DNA of 64,000 nucleotides from Capsulimonadaceae bacterium (GTDB lineage Bacteria; Armatimonadota; Armatimonadia; Armatimonadales; Capsulimonadaceae): NCBI GenBank assembly GCA_965215505.1, contig OZ244065.1, positions 608,001 to 672,000 of the forward strand, read 5' to 3'. Shown piece by piece: positions 58,735 to 64,000 of this stretch (position 1 is its first letter; each line of letters starts with the position of its first letter). The notes under the pieces were generated by a model. It saw only the letters and a program-made list of their open reading frames with translations, ran no database searches and was not told where the DNA came from. The position numbers and the translations under genes were made by a program.

Positions 58735-58822
58735 CGGCAGAACAGTCCGGGCAGTGCCGCCCCACCCTTCCCAAAGACCCAAGACTCAGCGACCCAAATC
58801 TACTTCGGAGGACTTTTCTCAT

Positions 58823-60049
58823 ATGCCTCATCCCAGCGCCACCGCGCGTTTGTTCGGCTGCCTCTTTTCCGCCGCCGCTTTAGGATTCACCCTAGCCGGC
58901 TGCGCCAACAAATCGCCCGGCGGCTCGTCCGGCGGGGGTGCGGCCTCGGACGCCATCGTCATCGGCGAATACGGCTCCATGACCGGCGCGCAGGCGACCT
59001 TCGGGGTGGCGACCGACAACGGCATCCAGCTCGCCGTTTCCCAGATCAACGCGGCGGGCGGCATTGACGGGCACAAGGTCCAGGTCGGCTCGACCGGCAA
59101 GCCCGAGGACGACCAGGGCCAGCCGGACGCCGCGCTGACGGGGGTGAAGAAACTGATCACCCAGGACAAGGCCGTCGCCGTGCTGGGCGAGGTGGCCTCC
59201 AAAAACTCCATCGCCGCCGCGCCGTTCTGCAACTCCAACAAGGTGCCGATGATCTCCCCTTCGTCCACCAACCCCAAGGTGACCGCGACCGGCAAGTACA
59301 TCTTCCGCGTCTGCTTCATTGACCCCTTCCAGGGCACGGTCGGAGCCAAGTTCGCGACGGGGACGCTGCACGCGAAAACGGCGGCGGTGCTGTACGACAA
59401 GACGAGCGACTACAGCAATGGCCTCCAAGACTTCTTCCAGAAGGCATTCACCTCCCAGGGCGGCAAGGTGGTGAGCGTCAGCACCTATCAGGGCGGTGAC
59501 CCCGATTTTCGGTCGGCCCTGACCACGATCCGGGCGACCAATCCGGACATCCTGTATGTCCCCGGCTACTACACCGACATCGGCACCATCGCCCGACAGG
59601 CGCGCGAGGTCGGCATCAAGGTCCCGATTATCGGCGGCGACGGTTGGGAGTCGCCGGACCTCCTGAAAGGCGCGGGCGGCGCGCTTGAGGGCTGCTATTT
59701 CACCGACCACAGCGCGCTCGACCCGAAGGACCCCCTGGTCAAGAAATTCATTGACGCTTATAAAGCCGCGTATAAGGGCCAAAGCCCCGACGCCCTGGCC
59801 GGCGCGGGCTACGACGCCGCGGGGGTCCTGTTCGCCGCCTTCAAGGCCGCCGGGAAGCCCGCCGACGGCGACTACAACTCGGACGATTACCGGGCCAAGC
59901 TGCGCGACGCTATCGCGGCGACGAAGGACTACAAGGGCGCGACCGGCGACATCACGCTGGACGCCGACCGGAACGCCAAAAAGTCCGCCGTCGTCTTGCA
60001 GATCAAGGGCGACAATTACAAAAACCTAATCGCCACGTTCCAGCCGTAG
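58823..60049 (+). CDS. Branched-chain amino acid ABC transporter substrate-binding lipoprotein
   Basis: LAGC lipobox, INAAGGI, STNPKVT and FRVCFIDPFQG motifs. Confidence 0.93.
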   Translation: MPHPSATARLFGCLFSAAALGFTLAGCANKSPGGSSGGGAASDAIVIGEYGSMTGAQATFGVATDNGIQLAVSQINAAGGIDGHKVQVGSTGKPEDDQGQPDAALTGVKKLITQDKAVAVLGEVASKNSIAAAPFCNSNKVPMISPSSTNPKVTATGKYIFRVCFIDPFQGTVGAKFATGTLHAKTAAVLYDKTSDYSNGLQDFFQKAFTSQGGKVVSVSTYQGGDPDFRSALTTIRATNPDILYVPGYYTDIGTIARQAREVGIKVPIIGGDGWESPDLLKGAGGALEGCYFTDHSALDPKDPLVKKFIDAYKAAYKGQSPDALAGAGYDAAGVLFAAFKAAGKPADGDYNSDDYRAKLRDAIAATKDYKGATGDITLDADRNAKKSAVVLQIKGDNYKNLIATFQP

Positions 60050-60068
60050 GGCCTTCACACTCACGCCT

Positions 60069-61184
60069 ATGCACGACCTCTCACAGCAGCTACTCATCGC
60101 CTTGCAGCTCGGCAGCATCTACGCCCTGATCGCACTGGGCTACACGATGGTTTACGGCGTCCTCAAGCTCATCAACTTCGCACACGGCGACGTTTACATG
60201 GTTGGCGCGTATGCCGGACTGGGCACGGCCAACATCGGCATGGCGACCGTCCTGGGCGGCGGCATGGCCGCCTTCCTGCACACAAGGACACTGGTTCCCT
60301 CCTGGCTAGGCGCGATCCTGGTGCTGCTGGCGGCCATGCTGCTCTGCGCCCTGCTCGGGCTGGTGATCGAGCAGGCCGCCTACCGGCCCCTGCGGACGCG
60401 GGCCTGGATCGCGCCCGCCGTGTTCCTGGGCGCGGCGGTCGGCTACGTCGCTTACGAGATCGCGCTCAACTCGAACCTCACGCCCGCCTCTTCCGTCGCC
60501 ATCGGGCTGGCCGCGTGGCTGGGACTGGCCGCCCTCCTCTTCACGACGCAGCGGCGGCGCACGCCGGGCAGCGCCTCGCGGCTGACCGCCCTGATCACGG
60601 CCATCGGCGTCTCGCTCTTCATCGAGAACTTCGGCGTATTGAAACAGGTATTCTCGTCCGAGCCGCGCTTCTTCCCGCCCATCGTTGCCCTCTCGCCCGC
60701 CGTGGAGAACGCCCTGATCTTCGGCGTCTCGCTCACGCTGATGGTCGCCCTGACTTATATCGTGACCCGGACGCGCGTCGGCAAAGCCATCCGGGCGGTC
60801 TCGTTCGACGCGGACGCTGCCGCGCTCATGGGGATCAACACGGACCGCGTGATCGCCTTCACCTTCATGCTCGGCGCGTCGCTGGCCGGGGCGGCGGGCG
60901 TGCTGGTCTTCGGGCTACAGCACACGCACTTCGACCCCTATGTCGGCATCCTGTACGGCCTGAAAGCCTTCGTCGCCGCCGTGCTGGGCGGCATCGGCAA
61001 CATCCCCGGCGCGGTCTTGGGCGGGATCATCATGGGGCTGGCCGAGACACTGGTCGTGGCTTACGGCCCGCGCGTCGGCATTGACAGCACCTACCGCGAC
61101 GCCGTGGCCTTCCTGCTGCTGATCGTGATCCTGCTGTTCCGCCCGGCGGGGCTGCTCGGGCGGTTCGCCCCGGAGAAGGTGTAA
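60069..61184 (+). CDS. livH: Branched-chain amino acid ABC permease
   Basis: YALIALGYTMVYG…NFAHG and KAFVAAVLGGIG motifs. Confidence 0.9.
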   Translation: MHDLSQQLLIALQLGSIYALIALGYTMVYGVLKLINFAHGDVYMVGAYAGLGTANIGMATVLGGGMAAFLHTRTLVPSWLGAILVLLAAMLLCALLGLVIEQAAYRPLRTRAWIAPAVFLGAAVGYVAYEIALNSNLTPASSVAIGLAAWLGLAALLFTTQRRRTPGSASRLTALITAIGVSLFIENFGVLKQVFSSEPRFFPPIVALSPAVENALIFGVSLTLMVALTYIVTRTRVGKAIRAVSFDADAAALMGINTDRVIAFTFMLGASLAGAAGVLVFGLQHTHFDPYVGILYGLKAFVAAVLGGIGNIPGAVLGGIIMGLAETLVVAYGPRVGIDSTYRDAVAFLLLIVILLFRPAGLLGRFAPEKV

Positions 61185-62377
61185 TGGCCGCCACCTACCC
61201 CGCCCCCTCGCAGAAGACGCCCACGGCAGCCAAGGCCCGCCCACTCTGGCTCCGCCTGGGCGGCATCGCCCTGCTTATTGCCCTGCTGCTAGGCCTAGAC
61301 CACCTGATGTACGGCGCGGACCGGGTGGCGCACGACCAGTACAAAGAGGACATCCTGATCCGTTGCGGCCTGGCAATCATCCTGGCCGTTTCGCTGAACA
61401 TCGTCAACGGGTTCACCGGGCAGTTCTCGCTGGGCCACATCGGGTTCTACATGGTGGGCGCGTATGTCGGGGCGGCCCTTTCCACCTACGGACACGCGCG
61501 CCTGTTCCCGCACCTGCCGACGGACGGCTCGCCGGTCGGCATCCTGGAAGGGGCGTGGCCGGTTCTGGCGACGAGTCTTGCGGGCGGGCTGGCGGCGGCG
61601 GCCATCGGGTTCCTGGTCGGCCTGCCCTCGCTGCGGCTGCGCGGGGACTACCTCGCCATCATCACGCTGGGCTTCGCGCAGATCATCCTGGTCATCATCC
61701 GCAACATCAAGGCCGTGGACGGCGCGACCGCCTTCACCGGCCTGCCCGTCGCGAGCCAGGACCAGTCCCTGATGCACGTCGCGACGCCGCACATGACGAA
61801 CCTGTTCTGGGTGTTCCTGGTCGCCGCCCTGGTGCTGTGGGTGGCCTACAGCCTGCGCTTCTCGGTCCACGGGCTGGCCTTCCTGGCCGTGCGCGAGGAC
61901 GAGATCGCCGCCGAAGCCATGGGCATCAACACCACGCGCTATAAGGTGCTGGCCTTCGTCCTGAGCGCCTTCTTCACCGGCATCGCGGGGGCACTGTTCG
62001 CCCACTACCAGTCGTCGCTGTCTAACGAGTCGTTCCGGTTCGAGCGCTCCATTGATACGGTCGTGATGGTGGTCCTGGGGGGGCTGGGGAGCATCAGCGG
62101 CGTCGCCATCGCCGCCGTCCTGCTGACGGTCCTGCCGGAAGCCCTGCGGCCCATCGCCGAGTACCGGCTGGTGGTCTATCCGCTCCTGCTGGTCATCCTG
62201 ATGCTGACGCGCCCGCAGGGAATCTTCGGGCGCGAGGAGATCGGCCGCGCCTGGCTGGCCGGGCAGGTCGGGGCCGTGCGCGGCTGGCTCGGCCGCCGCC
62301 CCGTGCAAACGCCTGCCCTGGAGACGGGCCGCGACGTGATGACGACGGCGCGGGACCGCGACGATGTGGACGTCTGA
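61184..62377 (+). CDS. livM: Branched-chain amino acid ABC permease
   Basis: GQFSLGH, RLRGDYLAIITLG and REDEIAA motifs. Confidence 0.9.
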   Translation: MAATYPAPSQKTPTAAKARPLWLRLGGIALLIALLLGLDHLMYGADRVAHDQYKEDILIRCGLAIILAVSLNIVNGFTGQFSLGHIGFYMVGAYVGAALSTYGHARLFPHLPTDGSPVGILEGAWPVLATSLAGGLAAAAIGFLVGLPSLRLRGDYLAIITLGFAQIILVIIRNIKAVDGATAFTGLPVASQDQSLMHVATPHMTNLFWVFLVAALVLWVAYSLRFSVHGLAFLAVREDEIAAEAMGINTTRYKVLAFVLSAFFTGIAGALFAHYQSSLSNESFRFERSIDTVVMVVLGGLGSISGVAIAAVLLTVLPEALRPIAEYRLVVYPLLLVILMLTRPQGIFGREEIGRAWLAGQVGAVRGWLGRRPVQTPALETGRDVMTTARDRDDVDV

Positions 62378-62470
62378 GGCGTTCACCCACCGGTGATCGG
62401 CTGCTCCAGACGCTGCGGCTCTTGCTTGAACGATCCGGCGCGGCCCGGTACAATGGCGACAAGAGGCATC

Positions 62471-63145
62471 ATGAAATTACTTCTCACTTCCGCCGGCATC
62501 AAAAACGCGAGCATCCACGACGCGCTGGTCGGCCTCCTCGGCAAACCGATTACAGAGTCCAATGCCCTCTGCATCCCCACCGCGATGTACGGGCACCCCA
62601 TGGCCGGACCCGGTCCGGGGGCATGGCGTTTCATCAGCGGACGAGAAACCCGCACCCCGATGTGCGAGCTGGGTTGGAAGTCCCTGGGAGTGCTGGAACT
62701 CACCGCGCTCCCCAGCATCGATGAGGAGCGTTGGGTTCCCAAGGTCCGGGAAACCGACGTGCTGCTGGTGGCGGGCGGCGATGCGCTGTACCTCTGCCAC
62801 TGGATGCGTCAGTCCGGGCTGGCGGACCTCCTGCCGTCGCTGCGTGAGACGGTCTGGGTGGGACTGAGCGCCGGGAGCATGGTGATGACCCCCCGCATCG
62901 GGGCGGACTTCGTCGGCTGGATGCCGCCCGCTGGTGGCGATGAAGCGCTAGGGATCGTCGACTTCTCGATCTTCCCACACCTGGATCACGAGGACCTGCC
63001 GGAGAATACCATGGCCGACGCGGAAAGGTGGGCGGCCGGCCTGCCGTCGCTGTCCTACGCGATTGACGACCAGACCGCCATCAAAGTGGTCGATGGTGCC
63101 GTTGAAGTCGTCTCCGAGGGGCATTGGAAGCTGTTCACGCCGTAA
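62471..63145 (+). CDS. Peptidase E (S51) family protein
   Basis: LLTSAG, GLSAGS, FPH and AIDD motifs. Confidence 0.88.
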   Translation: MKLLLTSAGIKNASIHDALVGLLGKPITESNALCIPTAMYGHPMAGPGPGAWRFISGRETRTPMCELGWKSLGVLELTALPSIDEERWVPKVRETDVLLVAGGDALYLCHWMRQSGLADLLPSLRETVWVGLSAGSMVMTPRIGADFVGWMPPAGGDEALGIVDFSIFPHLDHEDLPENTMADAERWAAGLPSLSYAIDDQTAIKVVDGAVEVVSEGHWKLFTP

Positions 63146-63210
63146 CATCCAAGATGTTGGGTGGGTTCACTCGCGTTCACCCGCGATTTCTGGTCACACT
63201 CCCCGGTGGC

Positions 63211-64000
63211 CTACTTCACGTCCACGGCGAGCGTGACGGCCTCGTCACAGGGCAAGTGCCGCCCCTCTTCCGATAACGCCCCATAAAATGCTTCGCCCAA
63301 GACGGCCCGGACCTGGGCGGCGCAGCGCTCCGTTTCCGCCGCCCCGGCGGGCGTGGGGACGACGCCCAGCGCGTCGCCCAGTGCTTGTGATGCGCCGAGG
63401 AGCCGGGCCGCCGAGGCCGCACGGCCTTCGGCCAGCGCGAGGGCGGCACATTCTTCCAACGTCACCATGATCTGATGCGTGTCGGCCTGTTTCTGGTGCA
63501 GGCCGAGGCTCTCGGCCAGCCGCAACCGGGCAGACGCGGGCTGCCCCTGGCGCAGAGCCAGGCGGCCAAGCCCGCGCAGTGCGACCGCCGTGTCCCCGTC
63601 CTCGCCGGTTTCGCGCGATACGGCCAGGCTTTCCTCGAACAAGGCGCGGGCCGTTTCCCACTCCTCCCGGTCAAGGGCGACGAGTGCCAGACTGATCTGC
63701 ACCAGCGCCAGCGGGCCGCTGCCGTGTTCCCGGCAGAGGGCGAGGCTCCGTTCAAAGCAGGCCCGCGCCGCCGCCGACTCGTTCAACCCCTGCTCGATCT
63801 CGCCCAGATTATACAGGGCAAAGGCCAGGTTGCGGCTGTCACCGTCCGCCTCGTGGATGCGGACGGCGGCGGCATACAGGGCGCGCGCCTGGGCATAATC
63901 CCCCTGCCAGTGGGCAATGATCGCCAGCCCGCCCAGAGAGGTCGTGCTGTGGTGTCCTTCCCCTTCGATCTCCCGAGCCTGCGTCAGAGCCAGCGTGAAG
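63211..64000 (-). CDS. TPR-repeat protein, C-terminal part (starts beyond the window)
   Basis: Repeated A…LG…ARALFEESLA units, then AARLLGA…EGR…EAV, typical of ATPase-TPR regulators. Confidence 0.8.
   Translation of the reverse strand, partial: FTLALTQAREIEGEGHHSTTSLGGLAIIAHWQGDYAQARALYAAAVRIHEADGDSRNLAFALYNLGEIEQGLNESAAARACFERSLALCREHGSGPLALVQISLALVALDREEWETARALFEESLAVSRETGEDGDTAVALRGLGRLALRQGQPASARLRLAESLGLHQKQADTHQIMVTLEECAALALAEGRAASAARLLGASQALGDALGVVPTPAGAAETERCAAQVRAVLGEAFYGALSEEGRHLPCDEAVTLAVDVK

Overview
GC-rich bacterial chromosome segment. Armatimonadota is a guess from the PEP-CTERM style and the dprA-topA-trmFO-xerC synteny. The first 17.4 kb is a precisely delimited 17,180-bp integrative element (220-17399) that splits the competence gene dprA. 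Its ends carry a perfect 14-bp inverted repeat around a shared TGGA core, and excision would restore dprA in frame (…LGCGV-DIHYP…). The element's large serine recombinase ORF runs through the att site, so the enzyme's C-terminal tail differs between integrated and excised states. The element has no recognisable capsid, terminase or conjugation genes, so it is satellite-like. It encodes excisionase-type HTH proteins, a Cro/C1 switch with a SWIM/Gam-like operon, its own CsrA, a DnaB-N/DUF3987 replication fusion with two ori-like hairpins, a PIN-domain candidate defence protein and a long Q/P/A/G-rich protein. Its AT-rich cargo spot holds a GDSL gene bracketed by two dif-like (Xer-type) sites, next to an integron-type gene cassette. 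The rest is mostly core or metabolic: topA, trmFO, xerC, pgi, an sdhCAB cluster interleaved with extra genes, tRNA-Ala(GGC), xylB, peptidases and a liv-type ABC transporter. It also holds an IS630 element, a decayed DUF433/PIN toxin-antitoxin pair, REP/REPIN-like repeats and a DUF488-DUF488-dualOB-dualOB candidate defence or repair operon. All family assignments come from motif recognition, not database searches.
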